A DNA stretch of 64,000 bases, taken from positions 1,550,001 through 1,614,000 of the forward strand of contig ML978125.1 in the NCBI GenBank assembly GCA_010015805.1, in the 5' to 3' direction. Of the stretch, positions 1 to 10,990 are shown one piece after another. A model generated the notes under the pieces. It searched no databases. It saw only the letters and a list, made by a program, of their open reading frames with translations, and was not told the DNA's origin. Each line of letters begins with the position of its first letter. The stretch's first letter is position 1. The position numbers and the translations under genes are program-made. Source of the stretch: Rhizodiscina lignyota. Taxonomy: Eukaryota.

Positions 1-295
1 ACCCGAACGTCATATATATGCTGGCCGCGAACAAGATTGGTGGTACGAGGATTAAGAGCTCTTGAACAATGTATACCCCAAGGCTATAATCTGGAGACTG
101 ATTGGCGGAGATCGTACGAGCCGCGAATCCACCGGTCTCGCAGAAGCAGCCGAGTAGAAGGGGGATCATGAACCATGATCGCGAGCGGAAGAGCTGGTAT
201 GTATGATGGAGAGAGCTGTAGCCGAATAGGATGGCGAATATCAGTGCAGCCGCGACAGAGGGAGTGTATTGGTAGTATGACGAGTCGGAAGTCAT
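1..295 (-). CDS. RTA1-like lipid-translocating exporter family membrane protein (5' part; runs off the window edge)
   Basis: Not in the ORF track. Manual translation from ATG 295: MTSDSSYYQYTPSVAAALIFAILFGYSSLHHTYQLFRSRSWFMIPLLLGCFCETGGFAARTISANQSPDYSLGVYIVQELLILVPPILFAASIYMTFG. It shows the RTA1 hallmarks YxPSxAAA, H-x2-Q, G-x3-E-x2-G-x3-R and Q-x6-P-x-LFAASIYM. Confidence 0.88.
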   Translation of the reverse strand, partial: MTSDSSYYQYTPSVAAALIFAILFGYSSLHHTYQLFRSRSWFMIPLLLGCFCETGGFAARTISANQSPDYSLGVYIVQELLILVPPILFAASIYMTFG

Positions 296-541
296 GGTGA
301 CAAGTCGGGTTTCGCCTGACGCCAATGAAGAGGAAGACTTGGAATGAAATTTAAAGGGGCTCAAATGTACGCCTTAAACGCTAGAATTGAGCAATTTAAT
401 GAGTGAATTGACTGTTGAGATTGAGAGTGGAAGACTTGATGTGATTGCGTTTGAAGACTGATTGATGGCCATTGTGACTATGTTCGTCGAGGCCCCTATA
501 TACCTACCTTCTTTCTGTACAGCCTCAAAATATCCAAGAAT

Positions 542-548
542 TCGTATA
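542..548 (+). promoter_or_regulatory. Upc2/Ecm22-type sterol regulatory element TCGTATA in the divergent RTA1/TF promoter
   Basis: Exact TCGTATA at 542-548, with further TCGTA cores at 579, 764 and on the reverse strand at 788-792. Confidence 0.45.
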
Positions 549-1039
549 CCAAATCCTCAGGGGCTTGCGAGGCTCCCATCGTACCTGAACGACGAGCGTC
601 GGAGGCTCTCCGCAAAATTCACTGTTCGGTGTCCGGAGGCGCTGTCGTGCTCGTTGTCGTCCGCAATTGCACCCAAATAGGAATAGTGTACGGCGAACGG
701 ACCGCCTGAAAGCTCAGCCCTGCCGATGACAGCAACTTGCAGCGACTTAGCTATGCGACCGGATCGTACTCCTTTCCTACTTTGTCTTACGAAGCAACTG
801 CTCGGAACAGCGACGCGTCTGGTTGGTTCCTCAATGCCTTGAACGTCGGCTTTTTTCAGAAATGCTTTCGTCAACCATTTCGTCTAAGCCGCCTTCCTCA
901 GAGCGTACCTTTCAGTGATGAAGAGCTGGAGAAGCGGTCGAGTAGCGGTCGAAATGGTTGTCGGAAGTCTTAAAAAGCACTGCAATTGTCCAAAGAGTTG
1001 GCCCAAGCCAGTTCGAATTCGTCTATCAGTTTAGAGGAA

Positions 1040-2416
1040 ATGCCCTCGCGAAGACAACATACCAAAAGCCGTCACGGCTGCAACACATGTAAGCAGCGAA
1101 AGGTTCGCTGCGACCAGACCCGACCGATCTGCGAGAACTGCACGCGACTCAAAAGGGAGTGCAGCTACCCTGAGACAATTATATCGGGACCATACACGCA
1201 ATCTCATGAGCCATCGGCGGCATCTGCATCCTCGAGCAAGGATGCTGGCTTTGGGGATGTCTCGTCTATCACAGAAGAGAGCGCTCAGGACCTGGAACTC
1301 CTCCACCATTGGACAATGCATACGAGCAGCACCATGACCGACCACCCGGGAATGGAGGCGCTCTGGCGATCGAATGTGGTGGTGCATTCCTTCTCGCATA
1401 GATTCCTGCTGCACGGTCTCCTGGTGAGCAAACCCTGTTGCCTGAATTAGATCCATCTTGCAGTCCTTGCCCTGCCACTCCTGTAGAGTACTGTGGGAGT
1501 CTCCAAGTTTATGCACTTGTTCCGGCCACTGGAGTTGAAGGAGGGGCGATGCCCCCACCGAACTGTGTCAGATTAAGCGTTCAATAAGAGCGGAAAGCCC
1601 TCAAAGATCACTCGCTAATGCGTACGCATCACTTAGTCACTTGCTGCGCTGCACAAAGGCTATGAGGCTTATCCACCCGACCGAATCCGGTACACAGATC
1701 TAGCGAAGAAGCACCATGACCAGGCCTTGGCACAGTACATTCCACTACTGGGCTCCGTCAACGAATACAACTGCCACGCTCTCTTCGCACAATCCTCGCT
1801 CGTCGGCGGGATGTCCTTCGGGCTGATGCAGCTCTCGAACGACGACGAGTATGCGCCAGCAAATATCGTCCGGACCATGATCGGCTCGTTCGACTTGCTC
1901 CGAGGAGTCAGCGTCATGATTGAGCAAGGCCAAGAGTGGATCAAGCAGGGCGATCTGTCTCCGATGATTGGCCTTGAAAATCTGGAGACGATTCTTCAAA
2001 GCCCTGAAATTACTGGGTTTGACGGCGGCGAAACCTTCAACCCACTACTTCAGCAGGTTCATTCGATTATGCCCCTTTACGAAGCTGGTGCCGCTGGACT
2101 TTCCCAAGAAGAGTGCAACGTCGCCTTTACAAAAGCTGTCCAGATGCTCAATCGCCTCAAGTCATTGTCCGAGATGATCGGGAACGTATTGAAGATGAGG
2201 AGTGTCCTGGCGTGGCCAGCGCTTGTTGATGAGTCTTTCATCAGGCTTTTGAAGGCAGAGGATCCGATGGCGTTAATCATACTAAGTCACTTCGCCGCGG
2301 GACTGGTTCAACTCGATGACATCTGGTGGTTGAAGGGCATCGGAGTTCGCCTGAACAATGGACTGGCGGGTATGATACCACCGCAATGGCTGCCTTATCT
2401 GAGTAATATTTCTTAA
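1040..2416 (+). CDS. Zn2Cys6 transcription factor, Upc2/sterol-uptake-control-like; join(1040..1423,1637..2416)
   Basis: Binuclear cluster RRQHTKSRHGCNTCKQRKVRCDQTRPICENCTRLKRECSY and DLELLHHW motif. A GTGAGC..GCTAAT..TAG intron (1424-1636) restores LLHGLL|SLAALH. The C-terminus WPALV..F..LL....P.ALIIL.HF..WW is typical of Upc2-like proteins. Confidence 0.9.
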
Positions 2417-5055
2417 GTGGACTTCCGACTGAGGCGTTTGGGGGGCTAATGATTTTTTTGTCGCCTCAGTTTTCGAAGTTTTCGAATAGATGCTCAAGGA
2501 AGTGAGTACGTGTGTGTTTCCTGCCGAAGTTGGGTTTGTACGATTGCATGTGGCGCATCTCCTATCAATTTCACCGCCTGGTGGGGAAAGCAATAGATTG
2601 TTTTCAGTCTCCACTTTCTCAATTAGATATATAGATGTAGAACAGCTGTGTGCACTAAGATTGGGCCATTCAGTAATTGCAGACATACCCATTTTGGCTG
2701 ACCTGCGTGGGCTCACCTGCGCATTCTGCGCGACTTCCATGAGTGACTCTGGCTCAACGACGCGTCACAGAGTCAATAGACTCGAAGAAGGCATACGATT
2801 ATATATGTTCGCGTTTATCGCTCGGATACTTCTCTTTAATAGGGAAGCTCGGAGTGTTGATCGTGCTGTAGGAGTCCAGAGGAGTACTAGTAGCGATTCG
2901 ATAGGCAATACCTAGATTAATCTGCAATTCTTATCAACACCAAGGCGCTCCGATGCTGACAGCTAATCCCAAGGGTAATGGACAGTTACGGCATGGAAAA
3001 TCGACACACCTCGAGAGGCCTCAAATCAACACGCCACGCGGCCCATCCCGCAATTGCTGTCGATCGGGGTCGCAATCCTTCTCACGCCACTCACCGCGCT
3101 CGCCCTTAAAGCCGCCCGCCTTGAGAGCGACCTCACGTCCGCTAGGAACACCGGAGTTCAGTGTGTATGCCGCATACCTTCACGGCTAATGCGACAAAGG
3201 AGCTCCCGCTTATACTCGAACAGGTGCTCGATCGTGCCGCGAGGCAGCAATATGAAAGGCCTTCTGTCCTCGGAGAAGAGAATACGGACGATTTAGCAAA
3301 GTGGTAGAAGATAGATCCGACGGAGTTTAAGAAGTTCTCGCGCGACATGGTGCAGATAGTCGGAAAAGGCTTCTTTAAACAGCAAATCGACTGATTTGGA
3401 ATGTTTCACGCGACAGGGACGTTCTTCTACCGAATTCCCGTTGTTCGTACCCGAGTGAAGGCACGTCGAGATACACCGCAGCTGAATGTTTAAAGCCATT
3501 CTTGCGGCCACTGACAGGCCGAGACGGAATACCTAACGTTCAAACTGCCGTTTTGGCTTGACGCGGCGTGATTTATCATCCAAGCCGTAGTGGGCAAGAG
3601 TTCCGTCGACTGTCGATGAAAATTCGCTAAAAGCAAACGTTTTCAAATATTAGGACAGGCGGCCGCTTCTGCGATGTATGAGGATCTAAGATTGGCGTGT
3701 AGAAAATTTATGTAAGTCATTATCATACATGTAAGGGACCACAGTAGTCAGACGTCGGCAATGAGGTGCTCAGAAGGGACAGAGGTCGCGCTCGGTTAGG
3801 TAAAGCCTGGCTGCAAGAAGCTGCACTATCGCAGGGCGGTGGCTGTCCTTGAATGAGCCAGTGATAGATGACACTGGCGACGCATCCTAAGCTCCTACGG
3901 CCTTGGCGGACCAGCCGAGGGACCGAGAGCGTCTGATTGAGCATGCAGGGTTTAAGGCTTCTCGTGGAGGAGGCAGAATAGTCTCGTGTAAGGGCCGAGG
4001 GAGATGCTTAGGCATGTGAGTAGCGTGTGTAGAGCGATTCGGCCGGGATCTCGTCAGGGCCATTGGAAGACGTGACTGGCATCGCACGAGAGATGAGCCG
4101 GCGAGGTGGTACTTATGTGCACTGCTCGTCTGTTAGGTGATGAAGCTGATGACAGAGTCTTGATCCGTGATGTCTAAGGCCGTGACTGGTGGGCAGTCGC
4201 GCGTCGACATGGATGGAGCGGAATGCCAGGCTGACTAACGGCCATGCATGGTGCTGGACTGCTTAAAATGCAGTCACATAATCACTCTCTAGCGCACGCT
4301 GCAGCTCTTTATTTACGAGCGCTGCTGCAACTTCTCCACTCGAGTTGCCTCTCGCTGCGCTCGCCGTCTGCATTGCCCGTTCAGGCGAATCGAGAAGAGA
4401 ATCAAGGAAGAATTGCATTCGCTGCTTTCGGAGAGTGGGACAGCCGGCGCACGAGCAGCGCCCAGCACGAGACAACAAGCTCGAAGAAAGCGGCGCCAAG
4501 CTCTGAAACAAGCGGCAGGCTGCCAGTGGCGGGGCAGGCGATAGCAGAGCGAGTAATAACGGCCAACGTCACGAGCATTCTTCCAAGGCACGCTCCGGCC
4601 CAGGATACCGCTGATTTTGCCAATTTCACTCTTCCAATTTTCGCGCGGCCAGCACGATCCCCTCCAGGATTTAAAACAGGGCGCCTGTTGTCTCGAGAGC
4701 CAGGAGAGCAGGCCAGTTCGCCGCTCATATTTACGTCATTCTCAAAGGCCGTTAGCGTGGAAGCCTTAAGGGTGCTCAGGTGCGCCGCTGAGACGAGCAA
4801 GTGCTTCCGCCAAACCTCCGGACAGCTGCGAGAGGTCCGCTTCTTCCCGCCGCCTCCCACGACACAGTTACGGAACACCGAAGCAGCGAGCTTCTTCACT
4901 TAAACTCCAGCTGCTCCCGCGGCATTCTTGGCCCCGCTCTTCTCGCCGACGACACATTCCAGCTGCCATCCAATTGAGGAGCAGCCTCGAAGCTCGTCGC
5001 CCTTTCAATCGCGCCGAACAGCAGCAGCAAAAACACTGCTGCCATACTACCAGCC

Positions 5056-8000
5056 ATGTCGCTTAAAAAGGCGCTCAACAAACTCACGCCTCACCGCCAT
5101 GGCAGTGGCAGCGAGCCTCCCAGTGATAGTGAGAATGGGTCCGCAACGCCAAAAATCCCCCATACCAATAGTGCTCTTTCCGGCCTTTCTGACCTGAGTA
5201 GCAATGATAACCTTGCAGCGGGGGCTTCGCCTCGCACCAGCGCCGTCTATGGTCGCGCCTCTCCTCGCAACAGCGGAACCTTTTCGCGCAACAGCACCTT
5301 TGCCAGCGACGAGCTGTCTCCGACCCGGGCATCTCCCCGAATGAGCGGCATCTTTTCGCGCAGCACTGGTGGTGGAAGTAAACACGAGCATGGACACAAC
5401 AAACATCACAGTCCGATCCGCCTGGTCAAAGAGAAGCTCATGGGAGAGGAGTCGTCAGATTCTGAGCTCGCGCTGAATAGGGAAGGAGAGAGGATGAGCC
5501 GGAACCAGCAACGCAAGGCCGAGAAGATTGCCGAGTCCGAGCTTCGGAGGAAAGAGGCGCGGGAGAGGTATGAGGAGCAGAAGAAGAAGAGGGAAGAGAT
5601 GGAGCGGAGGATGCGCGAGGAGGAATCGGAGGAGAACAGGACGCGCTATGGAGAGATGCCGGTCAACAACTACGCAGGCGAGTGGAAGCATGATCAAAGG
5701 GATGAGATTCTCACGCTGAGCAAGGAGGACATTGGCAAGGAGGTCACCTTCCGCGCGAGAATACACAACGTGCGGAAGATGAGTGCGCACATGGTCTTCT
5801 TTGTCTTCAGGCAGCAGTTGGCTACCATCCAGGGTGTGCTGCAAGAGCATGGTAACATTTCGCAGTTTATGGTGTACTGGGCTGAGCATGTCGACGTCGA
5901 GTCGGTCGTGCTGGTCAAAGGTGTCGTCCAGGAGCCAAAGGCCAAGCAGGGAGAGATTCTCGGTTGCACCGTCCACGATGTCGAAGTTTCCGTCCACGGT
6001 ATGCATGTCGAAGCCAAGGTCTCAGATCCTCTGCCCTTCACCGTTCACGAGGCGGAAATTACAAGGACAGAGGTTGACAAGGAGGAAGACTCGAGGCAGG
6101 TCGTTGGCATGCGACCTCGTATTGCCAACCGTGTCATCGATCTGCGAAGCAGCGCTTCTCAAGGAATCTTCCGCATTCAGTCCGGTATCTGCCATATCTT
6201 CAGGAATCATCTGGACGAGCTTGGTTTCATCGAAATTCATACTCCGAAGCTGCAGGGCGGCGCTACTGAGTCCGGCGCTAGTGTCTTCAAACTTGACTAC
6301 TTCGGCAGACCTGCTTTCCTCGCCCAGAGCCCGCAGTTGGCGAAGCAGATGAGCATTGCTGCGGATTTCAAGAAGGTTTACGAAATTGGTGCTGTCTTCC
6401 GTGCTGAGAACAGCAACACCCATCGTCACTTGACTGAATATACTGGTCTCGATCTCGAAATGGCGATAGACGAGCACTACCATGAAGTGCTGCGCGTTCT
6501 GGATGGCACGTTCAAGGCCATCTTCAAGGGTGTATACGAGCGCTACAGGAAGGAGATAGATATCATCAAGGAGCAGTTCCCGCACGAAGACCTTGTCTGG
6601 ATTGATGAGACTCCTCGCATCCCATTCAAAGAGGCCATCACATTGCTCAACGGCACTGGATGGAGAGACGAGAATGGCAATGAGCTGCCATTAGACGAAG
6701 ATCTGGGAACCAGAGACGAAATTCAACTCGGCCGTGTCATCAAGGAGAAGTTTGGAACGGATTACTACATCATTGACAAGTTCCCCGCCTCTGCTCGACC
6801 GTTCTACACCATGCCAGATCCCAACGACCCGACTTATACCAACTCCTTCGATATCTTCCTTCGTGGCCAGGAAATCTTGTCAGGTGGTCAACGTATCCAC
6901 GATTCCGCCACCTTGCTCGCAAACATGGAGAGGATGAAGGTAGATCCCAAGTCTATGGAAGACTACATCAATGGCTTCCAGTGGGGTGCTCCGCCTCATG
7001 GCGGTGGCGGTATCGGCCTGGAGCGTATTCTCATGCTTCTCCTCGCTACTGGCGACATCAGATACGCTTCTATGTACCCGAGAGATCCAAAATCCCTCCC
7101 AGCCAGGCCCAAGATCAAGGAGCTCCGACATCCAGAGGCCAGCACAATGCATCCGCCATGGGAAGGCAAAGATCGCGCTACTGCTGGTATGGAGTTGCAG
7201 CCTATCGAGAAGCTCATCGCAAATTACGGCGACGCGTCCAACACCTCGTGGCTCGAACCTCGCACCCACATCTGGCGAGATCCTCTCACTGGCGCGGCAG
7301 TTGGCTGGGTGCCACAAGATGGCTTCGCCATCATCGTCGGCGACCCGCTCTGCCACGCGAGCCAGTACACCAAGACGATCGCCGGCTTCCTGCGCTACAT
7401 CAAAAAGGAAGAAGGTCTCAAGCCGCTCTGGCTGCTCGTCGGGCACGACGTCGAGGAAGTGCTCACCGCAAAGTTCAACTGGCGCTCCTTCTCCGTCGTC
7501 AGCGAGCAGCGCCTCAACCCCGGCAACAACCCGGCCATGCAAGACCACGAAGTGCAGCGCAAGATCAAGCACGCCGAGCGCGAGGGCATCAAGATCCACG
7601 ACATCCCCATCGGCAAGCCCGTCCCGGAGGATGTGCGGCAGAAGGTCGACGCGCGCGTCAAGGACTGGATCTCCAACCGCAAGGGCAAGCAGGTCCATCT
7701 TACGGACATCCATCCCTGGCAAGACATGGAGCACCGCCAGTACCACTACGCCATCGACAAGAACGGCACCGTTGCCGCGCTGTGCATCCTCGCGCAGCTG
7801 TCGCCCGACCACGGCTGGCAGGTCAAGTACTCGCTCGACTTCCCCGGTGCGCCCAGCGGCACCATCGAGTACATCGTCACGCACGCGCTGAAGTACGTCG
7901 CGGACGCGGGCGTCACGAACGTCACGTTTGGTGGCGGCGCGAGCGCCAAGTTTACCCCTGGACACAATATCAAAGGCACGAGAGTCAAGGTGCTCAGCAA

Positions 8001-8160
8001 GGCGTATCATGCTATTGCATCGGAGCTCAAGTTGACGGCTAAGACGGACTTCAGGGAGAAGTTGGGCGCACAGGAGGATCCGGTGTATATCACGTATCCG
8101 CCGCATGGATTGGGCCCGATGGGTGTGAAGGCGATTTTGAGCTTCTTTGAGGATGACTAG
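5056..8160 (+). CDS. erdS: Aspartyl-tRNA synthetase fused to a C-terminal DUF2156 aminoacyl-transferase domain: ergosteryl-3beta-O-aspartate synthase
   Basis: Intronless 1034-aa ORF. Low-complexity N-terminal extension, OB-fold, then eukaryotic AspRS core (LAQSPQL, FRAENSNTHRHLTEY, GGGIGLER). A further ~340 aa follow (LIANYGDASNTSW, GDPLC, LDFPGAPSGTIE, VTFG, FREKLG), matching the ErdS architecture. Confidence 0.88.
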   Translation: MSLKKALNKLTPHRHGSGSEPPSDSENGSATPKIPHTNSALSGLSDLSSNDNLAAGASPRTSAVYGRASPRNSGTFSRNSTFASDELSPTRASPRMSGIFSRSTGGGSKHEHGHNKHHSPIRLVKEKLMGEESSDSELALNREGERMSRNQQRKAEKIAESELRRKEARERYEEQKKKREEMERRMREEESEENRTRYGEMPVNNYAGEWKHDQRDEILTLSKEDIGKEVTFRARIHNVRKMSAHMVFFVFRQQLATIQGVLQEHGNISQFMVYWAEHVDVESVVLVKGVVQEPKAKQGEILGCTVHDVEVSVHGMHVEAKVSDPLPFTVHEAEITRTEVDKEEDSRQVVGMRPRIANRVIDLRSSASQGIFRIQSGICHIFRNHLDELGFIEIHTPKLQGGATESGASVFKLDYFGRPAFLAQSPQLAKQMSIAADFKKVYEIGAVFRAENSNTHRHLTEYTGLDLEMAIDEHYHEVLRVLDGTFKAIFKGVYERYRKEIDIIKEQFPHEDLVWIDETPRIPFKEAITLLNGTGWRDENGNELPLDEDLGTRDEIQLGRVIKEKFGTDYYIIDKFPASARPFYTMPDPNDPTYTNSFDIFLRGQEILSGGQRIHDSATLLANMERMKVDPKSMEDYINGFQWGAPPHGGGGIGLERILMLLLATGDIRYASMYPRDPKSLPARPKIKELRHPEASTMHPPWEGKDRATAGMELQPIEKLIANYGDASNTSWLEPRTHIWRDPLTGAAVGWVPQDGFAIIVGDPLCHASQYTKTIAGFLRYIKKEEGLKPLWLLVGHDVEEVLTAKFNWRSFSVVSEQRLNPGNNPAMQDHEVQRKIKHAEREGIKIHDIPIGKPVPEDVRQKVDARVKDWISNRKGKQVHLTDIHPWQDMEHRQYHYAIDKNGTVAALCILAQLSPDHGWQVKYSLDFPGAPSGTIEYIVTHALKYVADAGVTNVTFGGGASAKFTPGHNIKGTRVKVLSKAYHAIASELKLTAKTDFREKLGAQEDPVYITYPPHGLGPMGVKAILSFFEDD

Positions 8161-9313
8161 GCGAGTGCGAGGCTATGAGAGATGGGTGAGGTGAAACGAT
8201 GAGTGCACGATGAAGGCAACATGGTGGTAGAAGGTATGTGAATTCCGTTAAGAGCAGGCTATGCCGGTGGCATCAGTGGCCGAGCAAAAATTAACATAAA
8301 AAAGAGAAACATCGCAAAAATTAATGCAGGGGCTGTATTGGGATCGATGAATGAATGGACGGTCGTCATATGGCGCTGCGTGCCGGTGGCGGAGAACGAT
8401 TTAGATTCCCCCCTTTCCTTACGATGATGGCGTGGCTTTTCAGCTCTTTGTTTGGTAGCATATGAATTCATGTTCCCACAGACTTACACTGTCGTTGTTC
8501 AAGTTCGTTGAGTGCAATAGTGCTGCTGTGTGAGATGCTGGATTATGCGGCCGTGATTGCTATGAGAGGCGTGAAGGTAAAGGCATGCGAGAGCACCGGT
8601 GATATAGAAACCACCCACACAATCAATTACTACACGCTCGGAGTACCTATGGTAGTACAACTAAAGAGACCTTCTCCCTTACTTTCTCTAGACTCGGGAT
8701 CTCGCGGACCGGACCGTGAGTTAACGTGTAGTCCGAGCTAAGCTTTGTCGAGGTGGAGGGAGAGTCGGCTTGTGCTGCAGAAGGCCTCGTATGATGGGAC
8801 CAGATGCCTTTTGACAGGAATACTAGCGGTGAAAGTAGCGTGGCCGCTGTATAGAACACGAGAGGGAGGTGTCCAACGTGCGTGCATGATTCGCTCCCCA
8901 CAAGCGGGCAGCAGGGAGGCCAGGCGATCTGCAGCTCCGACGTCAGAAAGCGGCATCGTGAACTGTGGCCAAGCTCGCCAACCCCCATCGCCTGCTCATC
9001 TGATTCTCGAGACCGCCGTGTTATCGCAATCACGAAAGCTTTCCCGTAATTTCATCATATCGTCGTCTGCCTGTGTTCCTCTCCACAGTCCTTCTCAGCG
9101 CGACTGTTTCAGCACCTTTGGGCGGTTTTTTGCTCGCTGCCTGGTTTTACATAACCGCTGCATCCTTCCGCACTGCGCTCGACTCTCGAGGCCTGCCACA
9201 CCCTGACTTCAACGTGCGCGCATCGTTCTGTCACTATTGCGGGGTACATTGGCCACTCTTTTCGACTCTTGACCTGAATCTCCACATTCATTCAGCCCGA
9301 TAGGCCCATCGCG

Positions 9314-10063
9314 ATGCCTCGCCGCATAGTATTTGGCTTCGGCTTTTGGCTGACCGCCGCAGGTTGGTGCCTGGCTTCAATATCGCGCGAATGCCGCTAA
9401 CTTTGCTCAACAGCAACGGCGATGACAATTGCTTCAATAGTACTGCCTCGATGGGTGCGATGGGAAAGCGTGAGCATCTTCCCCCTCACATATCATTTGC
9501 GCGCGATCTGCTGACTCGTTGGATCTAAAAGGGTGGCGGGACATCGATACACTACTCCTACGGCCTCCACCAACGCTGCTCTTCCATAACAGGCACATGC
9601 GAACCCTTCCCTCAATACGATGATTGCCATGGGGATAGTAAATCCTTCTGTGCGATGTGGAGAACAACCGGGTTCCTGATGAGCTTTGCGGTCATCATTG
9701 AGTGCGCGACGCTAGTGGCGTACCTGACGGTCATATTTGGGGGGAAACAGATGCGAGACAAGGGCTGGAAGGTCGTATGCTTCCTGCTTGGGCTTTGCAT
9801 ACTCGTGCAGTGTGCAAGCATGGCGGTCGTGGTATGGACAACAAGAGTGCACGTGGGCTTTAGGCGGTCTGCTAACCCTGACCTCGTAGGCGTACCTTTA
9901 CGACAACGACAGCCGGTTCTTCATAGGATGGCGGCTGGACACCTCGTGGATCCTTTGTACGGTCAGCTGGAGCGTACAGTTCCTAACCGCCATTGGCATT
10001 TCGGCCGCGGTCTTTGTACTGCCCGAAGAGGGCGGCTACGAACTGATACAAGGTGACAGCTGA
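9314..10063 (+). CDS. Four-TM claudin/PMP22-like fungal membrane protein, 4 exons
   Basis: Hand-spliced across three GT-AG introns with branch sites (first 9363-9413): MPRRIVFGFGFWLTAAATAMTIASIVLPRWVRWES|GGGTSIHYSYGLHQRCSSITGTCEPFP..C..FCAMWRTTGFLM...MAVV|AYLYDNDSRFFIGWRLDTSWILCTVSW...LPEEGGYELIQGDS*. Confidence 0.8.
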
Positions 10064-10990
10064 CTACATGAGTGGCTTGCACGAGGAGAAGGCGAAGAAG
10101 ATGATGAATGACGACGACAACATGAGCAGAGATGACGTTGCGTTCCTGTCTGCGGCATCAGATTGGACGTTTTCTGTGTGGCTGATCTCTACAGGCGTTC
10201 ATGAGGACATTGATACCTCGGGTTTGTCGGTTCCGTTCCATTTCAAGCGGCTGGCTGGCTGTCTGAAGTACCTCCCAGCATTTGCGTTGAGGCCATCTGC
10301 TTGTTTTCAGCGGACGTTTTGCATCCGCGCCTGTTCGCATTGCGCTAATATCCTGTCTGTTACATTAGATTATACTTGCATGCGCGCAATCAGTATTAAC
10401 GGTTTTCAGTTAGCTCCATTGCAAATATTGTTAACATTAGCCGCTTCTGGATAGCTCAAAGATTACGTTGTGCTCTCCTCACGACGTGGAGGCGAATATG
10501 TAGCTAAGTCACAATGCCAAGACGGTGGATTGACTGCTTCAGAATTGTTTAAGAACCTTAAATTGACGCTTAAACGCTGGCAGTGCTCACATTTACATGT
10601 GCCTTGCACCCGACGCTGACAAAGGATCCAAAAACGTATATTGTGGTAATATGCATCCGCAGCACCACCTCTAAGCGGCTGTTGCTCTCTGAGACACAAT
10701 CGTGGTCGAGGTACGAATGGCCTTCACATTCCAATGTCTCAATATCTCTGGATATTCGAAGTCGAAGTGGCTCAGGTGGACCGTAGGTATGATTCTAGCC
10801 GGATAGTGTCGCTTCCGCGCGAGTTGGCGAGTTGGAGTATATATGTAGGTTCATCCTGAAGCATATTTGGGAGCCATACAACAGCAATCGCACAATACAC
10901 AATCACTTCACTCAAGTTAATTCATTCTCTCCTTATTTTCTTTATTTCCTACTTTTTATCACACACTATTTCGTGCATTCCTTAGCCAAA

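Noticed and set aside
4244..4903. 219-aa plus ORF and overlapping 165-aa minus ORF upstream of erdS
   Set aside because: No recognisable domain or hydrolase motif. GC-rich promoter/leader sequence readily gives stop-poor frames.
6880..8106. 408-aa antisense ORF and alternate-frame ORFs over erdS
   Set aside because: Shadow frames caused by strong C/G third-position bias of the real gene.
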